Source: a virus
Lineage: Duplodnaviria > Caudoviricetes
IMG/VR virus record: IMGVR_UViG_3300017913_002479
Coordinates: 1 to 47,808 of that record
Length of the DNA: 47,808 bases
Reading direction: 5' to 3' (one strand)
Under the pieces are notes generated by a model, which ran no database searches, had not been told where the DNA came from, and worked only from the letters and a program-made list of their open reading frames with translations. How positions within the stretch are numbered: position 1 is the stretch's first letter; each line of letters begins with the position of its first letter. Shown one piece after another: positions 1 through 8,306 of this stretch. The position numbers were made by a program, and so were the translations under genes.

Positions 1-1
1 C

Positions 2-151
2 AATGGCAAACACTACAGTGATGTGTATTTGGATGGAAACTACAGCACAACACTGACACTTGAACAAAGTGCCAACACAGACAAAAGCTATGCGCTTACT
101 CAATTCTGCAACAACAGTGCAGGTTGCACAATATCAGTGACCCAAAACTAA
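2..151 (+). CDS. C-terminal fragment of a curlin-like/beta-repeat secreted protein (partial)
   Basis: Open frame NGKHYSDVYLDGNYSTTLTLEQSANTDKSYALTQFCNNSAGCTISVTQN*. The x-Q repeat pattern and terminal C-x5-C...V-T-Q resemble phage curlin-associated proteins as I recall them. Confidence 0.45.
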   Translation, partial: NGKHYSDVYLDGNYSTTLTLEQSANTDKSYALTQFCNNSAGCTISVTQN

Positions 152-159
152 ATAGCAGT

Positions 160-300
160 ATGGGCGAGAGTATAATAGCATTTTTTATAGCAGGATTTTT
201 CACAGCATTTGGCTGGTGGGCAGCAGAAAAAGTGACTACAAAAATTGACACTCATATAGAGGAGCAGCATAATGGATCTGATTTGGGCACTAGCGATTAG
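160..300 (+). CDS. Small membrane protein (46 aa, not in ORF track)
   Basis: MGESIIAFFIAGFFTAFGWWAAEKVTTK...; one hydrophobic helix; ATG lies 5 nt after TAAATA (149-154). Confidence 0.6.
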   Translation: MGESIIAFFIAGFFTAFGWWAAEKVTTKIDTHIEEQHNGSDLGTSD

Positions 301-619
301 CACACACCTTGGAATGGAAGGTGATTACAACGAAGTGCATCCCCATGTGAGATTTGTAGAAGACAGTGTTATTGCTGGAGCATACTACAACAGCATGGAG
401 CGTATCAGTGTATATGCAGGCTCTAGAGTGGAAGCAGGTGCAGCAGGTTTAGAGTTTGCGTTGGTTACTGGCTACGATGAAGTAGCACCTATTTCTCCGT
501 ATATCAGAGGCACATATGATTTGGGCAATGTGAGAGCATTTGCATCACCTACAGCCGAAGTTTGGAATGGCGAAACCAATATAGGCGTAGTTTTCGGCAT
601 AGAATATCAGATTAAATAA
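272..619 (+). CDS. Small outer-membrane beta-barrel, PagP-like
   Basis: Alternating beta-strand pattern; motifs S-T-H, YNE-x-HP, GAYYNS, LVTGY; C-terminal GIEYQIK; SD GAGGAG. Confidence 0.5.
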   Translation: MDLIWALAISTHLGMEGDYNEVHPHVRFVEDSVIAGAYYNSMERISVYAGSRVEAGAAGLEFALVTGYDEVAPISPYIRGTYDLGNVRAFASPTAEVWNGETNIGVVFGIEYQIK

Positions 620-644
620 AATATAAAATCTCGGAGGGCGTAAA

Positions 645-2555
645 ATGAGATTATTTACGGGGGCTAGTCTGCTGGCCGTAATGTTGTCAACGACAACATT
701 AGCAGACACATCAAGTATGAGTACATCTACAACAGGCATGGGCGTACTGGAAAACGATTATGTAAAAGCAGGTATCAACGGTGATAAAGGCACATTTGGT
801 TCAGGTGGTAATACATCACCAGGTTTGTTGTTTGACAGTACTGGCTCAGGAACATTTAATACCAGTTATGATTATCTAACACCAGGAACACCGTTTGACG
901 GATTCAGTGTAAAAGTCGATGGTACAAACTACACAAACAACAATTCAGGTGCATCAGGTATTACAGGTGACGGCAACGGACTTACAGACGGTGACGGAAC
1001 ACTAAGTTGGACAGGTGGTGTAACCAGCGTGTTTGATCTAACCAACACATATTCGTTGGGCGCAGATGCACCATATATTGATATCAGCACAGAAATCACA
1101 ATGGGCACAGCAGCAGACGATGTGTATTTTGGACGCTTTATTGACCCAGATGCAAGAGCAGCAGCAGGTGACAGCAGCAGCACAGACAACGTGCTAGGTT
1201 ATGGTGCTATTCCAGATTCAAATGTTGCTTTCTCGGAAGCATTGAGTTCGCGCTATGCATTAGGGTTGTATTCAACAGATTCAAATGTTGATGCAGGCAT
1301 TACACGTTGGACAACAGATGCGGATAGTTATACTGAAAATGCAGTAGACGGTGATGGCAGTAATACAAACACAGGTGACAACACCATTGGTTTGAGCTGG
1401 CATTGGAACACAGTTAGTTCAGGCGATATCCTAACAGCCAGCTATGCATACATCTTTGGACCGAGTGCATTTGATGCAGCAGAAGATGCTGTAACAGGCG
1501 GCGCAGGTGGTGGTGCTGATATTCTCACAGGAGACTTGGAAGATGTTGGTAGTGCTACAGACGCAGCAGAAGGCACATCTACACCAGTTATCACAACTGA
1601 AACCGTGGTAGATACAAGTCTGCCAGTGCTTACACAAAGTCAAACCACACACGATTCAAGTGTAGCAGCAGGCGTGCAAACAATTGACAGAGAAACTACT
1701 ACAATTGTTACAACACCAATGGTTACAAACACATACACTGACGGTGTGCTTACCTCAAGTGCAGCAGCAGACAGCGTAGCAGTAACAACCGTTACAGACC
1801 CAGGTTCATTTACAGGACGAGCAGATCAAGCAGATCAAATGATTGCACTAAATGTTCATAAAAATTTAGGCATTGCCGACGGTGTATCAGGTGGCAGAAT
1901 TTCACACGATATGGGCAACGGTTACAGTGCAGAATCAACTGCGTATGGACTAGGACACACACTAGGCACTGACAACGGAATGCTTGTAAGTGGTGGCATC
2001 AACTTTGCTGATACAACAGTAACAGGTGAAGGTAGCAGTGGTACAATGAGCACAACTGTTATCCAAGGTAGAGTTGGCAAAGCATTGGACAACAGAGATG
2101 CAACTGTTAGTGTTGGTGCTCATATGGCAAACAGCGATATTACGTACAGCAGAACTATTGGTGACTTTGGTGCAGCAGGTGAAACAACTGCAAGAGACCT
2201 AGGTGCAACTGTAACAGTTGAAAAGTCAACAGGTGCAGTTCGTCCATTTGCAGGTTATACCATTGGTAATCGCAATACAGATGCATGGACAGAAACTGGA
2301 GATGTACAAGCTGCTCTTGATCATGCAGAAGCAGATGAATCATATCGTTATGCTACAATTGGTATGAATATTGATACAGGACTACTCACAGCAAGTTTCG
2401 CAAAAGACTTTGATGATGCAGAAACAATGCGCATCGGTGTTGGCATCAATAAAAACATCAACGAGCGTGTAAGCATTGGCGCAAGTGCAAACAGAGTTAC
2501 CGCAGGTGACAACACAAGCACATATATGAGTGCAGGTATTAAAATTCAATTCTAA
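645..2555 (+). CDS. Autotransporter-like outer-membrane protein
   Basis: Sec signal peptide, G/T/S/D-rich passenger, Thr-rich linker, about 240-aa C-terminal amphipathic beta strands ending in the beta-signal SAGIKIQF. Confidence 0.7.
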   Translation: MRLFTGASLLAVMLSTTTLADTSSMSTSTTGMGVLENDYVKAGINGDKGTFGSGGNTSPGLLFDSTGSGTFNTSYDYLTPGTPFDGFSVKVDGTNYTNNNSGASGITGDGNGLTDGDGTLSWTGGVTSVFDLTNTYSLGADAPYIDISTEITMGTAADDVYFGRFIDPDARAAAGDSSSTDNVLGYGAIPDSNVAFSEALSSRYALGLYSTDSNVDAGITRWTTDADSYTENAVDGDGSNTNTGDNTIGLSWHWNTVSSGDILTASYAYIFGPSAFDAAEDAVTGGAGGGADILTGDLEDVGSATDAAEGTSTPVITTETVVDTSLPVLTQSQTTHDSSVAAGVQTIDRETTTIVTTPMVTNTYTDGVLTSSAAADSVAVTTVTDPGSFTGRADQADQMIALNVHKNLGIADGVSGGRISHDMGNGYSAESTAYGLGHTLGTDNGMLVSGGINFADTTVTGEGSSGTMSTTVIQGRVGKALDNRDATVSVGAHMANSDITYSRTIGDFGAAGETTARDLGATVTVEKSTGAVRPFAGYTIGNRNTDAWTETGDVQAALDHAEADESYRYATIGMNIDTGLLTASFAKDFDDAETMRIGVGINKNINERVSIGASANRVTAGDNTSTYMSAGIKIQF

Positions 2556-2579
2556 TAATTGAGCAACCTAAAACAGTAG

Positions 2580-2613
2580 CAAACGCATCCAATTTGGGTG
2601 CGTTTGTCGTTTT
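2580..2613 (+). terminator. Intrinsic terminator
   Basis: CAAACGCATCCA/TGGGTGCGTTTG stem followed by TCGTTTT, just after the autotransporter gene. Confidence 0.7.
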
Positions 2614-2648
2614 AACTAAATATTATTTGAGAAGAGAGGGCATATAAT

Positions 2649-3047
2649 ATGAGAACTTTGATCATTATTGCGGCCGCAGTCTGGGCAACTGCTAGTGCCG
2701 CTGATTACAACTCTGCAGCCAAAGACTGTTTGAGTAAACTAAACTATTCACCAGAAAATTTTGACAACTTCGACTGGAGTAAAGCCAGTGCATGTGCGGG
2801 CAAATACAGAGATGCAATGCAGGCAGCAAAGTATGCAGAACTGCGTGATTTCTTAGACGCAAACCCACGTTACAGAGTACCAGGGCAGAGCCTAAATCGC
2901 TGCTGGGGCAAGCCACGTGAAATGCCATTTGAAAGTGCAGGCATTGAGACCAACGGCAACAGTATGCGAGCCTGGGTAAATTACAAAGATACAATGCCAG
3001 CAGGCTGCTATGAAAACGCACCTTGGGACAACAGAGACCTAAAATGA
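2649..3047 (+). CDS. Secreted Cys-containing protein, paralog of 37880-38230
   Basis: Signal peptide (ASA-A); four Cys; NPRYRVPGQSLNRCW motif shared with 37880-38230. Confidence 0.8.
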   Translation: MRTLIIIAAAVWATASAADYNSAAKDCLSKLNYSPENFDNFDWSKASACAGKYRDAMQAAKYAELRDFLDANPRYRVPGQSLNRCWGKPREMPFESAGIETNGNSMRAWVNYKDTMPAGCYENAPWDNRDLK

Positions 3048-3202
3048 AGTGGTTGGTATTGTGCACACTGCTAACCGCAGTAGGATTGTCATTGGTTGTT
3101 TATTCCCATGAAAGTAGTAACTACTGGGAAGAAGTAGGCCCACGTTTTGACCGACTGTACAATCCAAATAAATATCAGGAGCCAACAAATGAAGGGAACT
3201 GA
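3044..3202 (+). CDS. Small membrane/secreted protein (52 aa, not in ORF track)
   Basis: MKWLVLCTLLTAVGLSLVVYSHE...; ATGA overlap with the upstream stop; fills the gap before the cyclase. Confidence 0.6.
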   Translation: MKWLVLCTLLTAVGLSLVVYSHESSNYWEEVGPRFDRLYNPNKYQEPTNEGN

Positions 3203-3204
3203 GC

Positions 3205-5253
3205 ATGTTCAAAAAGATTCTCCTGTCACCACTGTGGAGCGTAGTGGTTTTAGGCGCACTAGCTTACGTGATGTGGCTGTCGCCAAACTTCCTCCAGACT
3301 ATCCAGTTACGCTACTTCGACCAACTGATAGTGAATCAGGAGACAGTAGAGAATAATATCTACACAGTAAACATCGACGAAGCAGCCATTGATGAATACG
3401 GACAATGGCCATTTCCTAGAGGTGACTATGCTGACATAATTCAAGATTTGTACAACAGAGGTGCAGGCTTGGTTGTGTGGAATGTGCTTATGAGTGAGCC
3501 AGACCGCAGTGGCGAAGACGAACAACTAGCATTGACAATGCAACAATTACCCGTTATTGTAACAATGCTGGGTGCAGAGGAGAATAAAAATGAAGCAATC
3601 AATCCTGGTGCTACTATTGTCAATAGTGACTATATTGACACTATGCCTAGTGTGGCAGGCATCATCGCTAACGTTCCTAACATAGAATACAGCGCAGTTG
3701 GCTCAGGTATAACAAATAGTTGGGCAGAAATAGATGGTGTCACTAGACGCATACCACTGGTTGTTGAATCAGGTGGTACACTATATCCAAATGTTACAAT
3801 GGAAGTGTTGCGTGTACTAGCAGGTGATCCTTCGTTCCAAATCAAACTATCACCAGCAGGTGTAGATAAACTTCGTATACCACAGTTTGGTATTATACAA
3901 ACAAGCACAAGTGGCGAAGTATGGATAGACTGGAGTCAAGGATATCGTTCACACAGTGTAACTGATTTACCAGATGATTTTGGTGGTGGTATAGTGTTTG
4001 TAGGACCTACAGCAGCAGGCGTAACACAGCCATTAGGAACAGCAGCAGGATCTGTGTTCCCACATGAAATACAAGCAGTAATGCTTGGAACTGTATTCAA
4101 CGAATCAAACATAAGCAGACATCCTGACGCAGAACAATGGGCCGAACTGGCAGCATTCGTTGCAGCAGGTGTGTTGTTGATTGTGCTTGCTAGATGGACC
4201 TATGTAGGTATAGCAGTATTTGTTTTATCAGTAGGCGGCTTTGTTGGCGGTAGCATATATGTATTCAATACACACAATATTCTAGTAGATGGCGCTACAA
4301 TTAGTGCCTTCTTATTACTTGTTGGTCTAAAACGCTATGTACTCAAGTTCTTAGATGAATTTTTACAAAAACAAGAAATCAAAAGACAGTTTGCAGGATA
4401 TGCATCACCGACTGTTGTTAGATTGTTACAGGAAAATCCAGACCTAATCAAAAAAGGCACAAAACGAGAAGTAAGCATAGTGTTTTCAGACCTACGTGGA
4501 TTTACACCACTGGGCGAAAGTTTTGGTGATGATGTACAAGGATTGACACGTATTATGAATGGCTACATGGATGCCATTACAGAACCTGTGCTGGATGCAG
4601 ATGGAATGATTATCAAATACATTGGCGATGCTAGTATGCACATACACAATGCACCAATTGACGATGAACGTCATGCGCACACAGCAGTACAAACCGGATT
4701 AGATATGCTCAGAGCAGTGGAGAAATTCAATGAACAAGTCATCATCCCAGAAGGAAGACCGCCAGTCGGAATGGGCGCTGGTATCAACACAGGCCTTGGA
4801 TATCTTGGCGAAATGGGCAGCACAAAAAGACACTCATATGACGTTTTGGGAGACGCTGTTTCCACCGCAGCCAGAGTCGAATCAAAATGCAAAGAATACG
4901 GATGTCTCCTGCTCATCGGAGAAGCAACTTATGCTGCAACCAAAGACGACTTCTTCTACCTCAAAGTAGATGACTTACAAGTAAAAGGTAAAAGTGTAGG
5001 ACTTGCAATATACACAGTGTTAGATGATGTAGGTCCAGCTTGGACAGGCGCACAACGTAAACATGCACAAATGCACGAAGATTATCGTGCACAACGTTTT
5101 GATGATGCTATAGAAAAATGTCGTATGCTGCATGATCATTTTGATCACAAGATGGAAAAGTATTACGACATGTGGATAGAACGTTGTGAATATATGAAAA
5201 CACAGGATCTACCCAAAGACTGGAACGGTGTGTTTATTGCTTCTTCGAAGTAG
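3205..5253 (+). CDS. CHASE2-domain class III adenylate cyclase
   Basis: N-terminal TM; CHASE2 motifs (GQWPFPR, DGVTRRIP); 3 TM helices; cyclase motifs FSDLRGFT, KYIGDA, GINTG, YDVLGDAVSTAARVES, VKGK. Confidence 0.92.
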   Translation: MFKKILLSPLWSVVVLGALAYVMWLSPNFLQTIQLRYFDQLIVNQETVENNIYTVNIDEAAIDEYGQWPFPRGDYADIIQDLYNRGAGLVVWNVLMSEPDRSGEDEQLALTMQQLPVIVTMLGAEENKNEAINPGATIVNSDYIDTMPSVAGIIANVPNIEYSAVGSGITNSWAEIDGVTRRIPLVVESGGTLYPNVTMEVLRVLAGDPSFQIKLSPAGVDKLRIPQFGIIQTSTSGEVWIDWSQGYRSHSVTDLPDDFGGGIVFVGPTAAGVTQPLGTAAGSVFPHEIQAVMLGTVFNESNISRHPDAEQWAELAAFVAAGVLLIVLARWTYVGIAVFVLSVGGFVGGSIYVFNTHNILVDGATISAFLLLVGLKRYVLKFLDEFLQKQEIKRQFAGYASPTVVRLLQENPDLIKKGTKREVSIVFSDLRGFTPLGESFGDDVQGLTRIMNGYMDAITEPVLDADGMIIKYIGDASMHIHNAPIDDERHAHTAVQTGLDMLRAVEKFNEQVIIPEGRPPVGMGAGINTGLGYLGEMGSTKRHSYDVLGDAVSTAARVESKCKEYGCLLLIGEATYAATKDDFFYLKVDDLQVKGKSVGLAIYTVLDDVGPAWTGAQRKHAQMHEDYRAQRFDDAIEKCRMLHDHFDHKMEKYYDMWIERCEYMKTQDLPKDWNGVFIASSK

Positions 5254-5557
5254 TGCGCTTTTTGATATCTTCAATATCGTCCAAGTCGATATCTAATTTT
5301 TTACCAGTCATTTTTTCGTACTCGTCTTTGAATTCAAGTACCATATTCAATTTCTGTGTCAATCTTATCATGTCATTGTCTAGCATGCGTATACGATCAA
5401 TCAATCCAATCAGTGTTCGATTGGCATCACTGAGCACAGGTTTTACTTCTTTGGTTGCCCATATCCACACATAGTAAACAAAATAACCCAGGCCCAATGC
5501 TGCAATGATTGGAAACCCATATTGATTTATTGCTGTTACCAGTTCGCTTGTGGGCAT
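5234..5557 (-). CDS. Membrane protein with coiled coil (GFPI motif), paralog of 5963-6241
   Basis: YGFPIIAALGLGYFV TM helix followed by a heptad-like IRMLDND segment. Confidence 0.75.
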   Translation of the reverse strand: MPTSELVTAINQYGFPIIAALGLGYFVYYVWIWATKEVKPVLSDANRTLIGLIDRIRMLDNDMIRLTQKLNMVLEFKDEYEKMTGKKLDIDLDDIEDIKKRTTSKKQ

Positions 5558-5755
5558 TTACTCACCAAACATTGCTATCAGTTCTGGACCAAAACTGCCT
5601 GCTGCCCATCCTAGTGCAACTATTGCAATGACACCCATTGCTAGCCATTTCATTTTGAAGTCGTCTACATCCATGCGCAGTGCAACCAATTCGTTGCCCA
5701 GTACACGCACACTGACTTCCAGTTTGCCTTTATCGTCTGATTCAGCCATCTTCAT
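5558..5755 (-). CDS. Small membrane protein
   Basis: 65 aa with C-terminal TM helix; abuts its neighbours. Confidence 0.65.
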   Translation of the reverse strand: MKMAESDDKGKLEVSVRVLGNELVALRMDVDDFKMKWLAMGVIAIVALGWAAGSFGPELIAMFGE

Positions 5756-5963
5756 CTTTCTCCCACAACAAGTCTTTTGTGTTGCCTATTTTTATCAACC
5801 AACCGTCTTCGTTGACTTCGAATATGTCACCAGGACTGTACAATGGGTCATTTTTGCCGCCCCATGTTCCATCTTTGTTACGACCCATGACTTCTCCGGG
5901 CCAGTCACCTTCTACTCTAAATTTTTCATATCCACTGTGTACTGTGTAATCTAACCAAAACAT
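5742..5963 (-). CDS. Hypothetical protein
   Basis: 73 aa, translationally coupled within the minus-strand operon. Confidence 0.6.
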   Translation of the reverse strand: MFWLDYTVHSGYEKFRVEGDWPGEVMGRNKDGTWGGKNDPLYSPGDIFEVNEDGWLIKIGNTKDLLWEKDEDG

Positions 5964-6241
5964 CAGTCTCTCCTTGCATCTTCTTTGCCCTCATTGGCAG
6001 CAAGTCTGTCGATATTTGGTTTTACACCCAGTGCGTAACTCATCAGTGTATCAATTTTTACAAGATCATTGTTCATTGTTTGTAAACGATTATCTAAACC
6101 TGTGATGATTCCTTTGAGACCCATCACACTGCCTGCTACGCCTTGTAAGATAAATTTCAATGTAAGAAAAACAAAATAACCTGCACCTATTGCACCTGCT
6201 ATTGGAAAACCTACATCGCCTACTAGTTTGAGAAAATCCAT
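5963..6241 (-). CDS. Membrane protein with coiled coil (GFPI motif)
   Basis: VGFPIAGAIGAGYFV TM helix plus GLDNRL segment; TAAATA late motif upstream. Confidence 0.75.
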   Translation of the reverse strand: MDFLKLVGDVGFPIAGAIGAGYFVFLTLKFILQGVAGSVMGLKGIITGLDNRLQTMNNDLVKIDTLMSYALGVKPNIDRLAANEGKEDARRD

Positions 6242-6285
6242 AGACTTACCCTTTCTACTCCACTAATATTTAGTTTATCTGACGA

Positions 6286-6771
6286 TCATTTATTTTCCAT
6301 TAGCTTTACGGCTGCATCGTAATCTTCTTTGCTAACAATACCTTCTCGCAACAGTTTTTCTCTGTTGGCCATGTGCTTCATTTGAATTTCTTCTTTTGAA
6401 CCACCAAAGTATGCAACTGCATGACCTTCTTCGACTAGGATATCAGTTACACGTTCTTTTTTGCCTTCGTAACGTTCCACATAAAAGTCTCCCAAGATAC
6501 GTCCAAACTTGCCTTTCATATCTTCGCCTTTTTTGTCTTCTGTGGTAATAAGTTTGCCGCCATCTTCCATTAGTTCTTTGAGTCTTGCTTTTGCGGCTTC
6601 TCCAAAGAGGTCTTCTACTTTGTCTCTAGTTCTGCTCTCTGGCGTGTCAATTCCCATAATGCGTACACGCTCGTCACTGAGCCATACTCCAAATCCTAAA
6701 TTAATATCTACATCAACGGTATCGCCGTCGACTATCTTTACGACCTTTACGTCATATTCATTTTGTTGCAT
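6286..6771 (-). CDS. Thermonuclease (SNase) family nuclease
   Basis: VDGDT, RVRIMGIDTPE, KFGRILG, LVEEGHA motifs. Start moved to MQQNE, preceded by GAGAGGGC. Confidence 0.9.
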   Translation of the reverse strand: MQQNEYDVKVVKIVDGDTVDVDINLGFGVWLSDERVRIMGIDTPESRTRDKVEDLFGEAAKARLKELMEDGGKLITTEDKKGEDMKGKFGRILGDFYVERYEGKKERVTDILVEEGHAVAYFGGSKEEIQMKHMANREKLLREGIVSKEDYDAAVKLMENK

Positions 6772-6795
6772 TAGTTTGCCCTCTCGTCTCACAGG

Positions 6796-6807
6796 TATTT
6801 ATAAATA
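6796..6807. promoter_or_regulatory. Bidirectional T4-type late promoter
   Basis: Palindrome TATTTATAAATA gives TATAAATA on both strands between the divergent SNase and CHAP genes. Confidence 0.7.
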
Positions 6808-6812
6808 TCTGC

Positions 6813-7331
6813 ATGAGAATATTGGCAATGTGCAGTGCAGTACTATTAGGTGCCTGTGGGACTACTAGTACAACAGACAGTGTTGTAACAGCACAACCTT
6901 ATTTGGGTTTACAAGAAAGACAAAATAGAAGTGAACTAAAAGAGTTTACAGGCGTTGATCCTGTGCGCATCGAATGGTGTGCGGCTTTTGTAAATGCTGT
7001 ACTTGAAGTAGACAGCATACCGGGATCAGAAAGTGTCAGCAACAATCCGTTGATGGCACGATCGTTTTTACACTGGGGCACACGTGTTGATAGACACGAT
7101 GTACGGCGTGGAGATGTAGTGGTATTTCCTAGAGGTAATCAAGGCTGGCAAGGTCACGTTGGTTTCTATGTAGAAACACAAACACACAATGGAAAAGATT
7201 ACTGGGTGATATTGGGTGGCAATCAGGACAATCAAGTAAGATACGATCTTTACAATCCTGCTAGAGCCATTGGTGTTAGAAGATACAAAACGCTTTTGGC
7301 GAACACGGAAGGACTCGAACCCTCGACCTAG
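6813..7331 (+). CDS. TIGR02594-type CHAP/NlpC-P60 peptidoglycan amidase, lipoprotein
   Basis: WCAAFVN (catalytic Cys), ARSFLHWG, GDVVVF, QGHVGFY (His), LGGNQ; lipobox LLGAC. Confidence 0.85.
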   Translation: MRILAMCSAVLLGACGTTSTTDSVVTAQPYLGLQERQNRSELKEFTGVDPVRIEWCAAFVNAVLEVDSIPGSESVSNNPLMARSFLHWGTRVDRHDVRRGDVVVFPRGNQGWQGHVGFYVETQTHNGKDYWVILGGNQDNQVRYDLYNPARAIGVRRYKTLLANTEGLEPST

Positions 7332-7373
7332 TGATTAGAAGTCACTTGCTCTATCCAGCTGAGCTACGTGTCC
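7297..7373 (-). tRNA. tRNA-Arg(TCT)
   Basis: Cloverleaf GGACACG...CGTGTTC-GCCA; anticodon arm AGTGA-CT-TCT-AA-TCACT; encoded CCA. Confidence 0.95.
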
Positions 7374-7386
7374 AGCAAAAGCGTTT

Positions 7387-7462
7387 TGGTGCGCCCGGTA
7401 GGATTCGAACCTACGACCGACCCGTTATGAGCGGGGAGCTCTAACCGCTGAGCTACAGGCGC
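7387..7462 (-). tRNA. tRNA with CAT anticodon, probably Ile2 (lysidine), possibly Met
   Basis: GCGCCTG...CGGGCGC-ACCA; loop CTCATAA; paired 1:72 excludes initiator; the body resembles Ile2 tRNAs. Confidence 0.85.
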
Positions 7463-7698
7463 TATTTTTTATAAATGTATTCTGTGCGGTATGTACCTTC
7501 TGGTTTTTGCATACTGCTCAACATTTCTTGAAACATTTCTGGCGACATCTGTATTACTTGAAAACTCTGCTGCTTTTCTACCCACTGACGCAAATATATC
7601 ATATCATCATACATGAATATACTGACATCTTCACACTTTGCTTCATCTTCGAGCAAAGTAATCAGTATTTCATCTAGGTCCATTTCTACTGTAAACAT
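7462..7698 (-). CDS. Hypothetical protein inside the tRNA cluster
   Basis: 78-aa ORF; its TAG stop overlaps the first base of the tRNA; TAAGTA lies 5 nt upstream of the ATG. Confidence 0.7.
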   Translation of the reverse strand: MFTVEMDLDEILITLLEDEAKCEDVSIFMYDDMIYLRQWVEKQQSFQVIQMSPEMFQEMLSSMQKPEGTYRTEYIYKK

Positions 7699-7712
7699 AG
7701 TAATACTTATGT

Positions 7713-7901
7713 TTACAAATTTTGGCCTTCTCTAAATATACAAATTGCTTGATGGTCTGGTGGGAAAAAGCCTGCTTCGCCGCCTACTTTATGACTCAGT
7801 GCTTCACGTGCATCAAAGCAATCAAACATTGAGTTGTATGTTTCTAATCTCGAGAACTCTAGTTGGTCCCCAATGAAGACCAAATATACTAGTGTCCACA
7901 T
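7713..7901 (-). CDS. Small hypothetical protein (C...C motif)
   Basis: Start moved to MWTLVY (AAGGAAAG upstream) to avoid overlap with tRNA-Trp. Confidence 0.65.
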   Translation of the reverse strand: MWTLVYLVFIGDQLEFSRLETYNSMFDCFDAREALSHKVGGEAGFFPPDHQAICIFREGQNL

Positions 7902-7916
7902 CGAACTTTCCTTGCT

Positions 7917-7992
7917 TGGCACAGGCGCTAGGACTCGAACCCAGGACCCTCGGTTTTGGAGACCGATGCTCTACCAACTGAGCTACACCTGC
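7917..7992 (-). tRNA. tRNA-Trp(CCA)
   Basis: Anticodon arm TCGGT-CT-CCA-AA-ACCGA; TTCGA T-loop; 3' GCCA. Confidence 0.95.
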
Positions 7993-7995
7993 CTA

Positions 7996-8080
7996 TGGTG
8001 CGAGTAGAGGGACTTGAACCCCCACGCCTTGCGGCACTAGAACCTAAATCTAGCGTGTCTACCAATTTCACCATACTCGC
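7996..8080 (-). tRNA. tRNA-Leu(TAG)
   Basis: Anticodon arm CTAGA-TT-TAG-GT-TCTAG; long variable arm; 3' ACCA. Confidence 0.95.
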
Positions 8081-8084
8081 TTTA

Positions 8085-8160
<76 letters not shown>

Positions 8161-8173
8161 GTGATAATATTTA

Positions 8174-8263
8174 TGGCGGACAGTGTGGGATTCGAACCCA
8201 CGAGACGCTTTCACGTCTACTCCCTTAGCAGGGGAGCGCCTTCGACCACTCGGCCAACTGTCC
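8174..8263 (-). tRNA. tRNA-Ser(GCT)
   Basis: Anticodon arm CTCCC-CT-GCT-AA-GGGAG; long variable arm; 3' GCCA. Confidence 0.95.
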
Positions 8264-8276
8264 TTGTTGTTCTTAT

Positions 8277-8305
8277 ACTATAATAGGATCAGGACCGTAT
8301 GTCAA
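8277..8305 (-). promoter_or_regulatory. Sigma70-type promoter for the tRNA cluster
   Basis: TTGACA-N17-TATAGT, 13 nt upstream of tRNA-Ser. Confidence 0.8.
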
Positions 8306-8306
8306 C

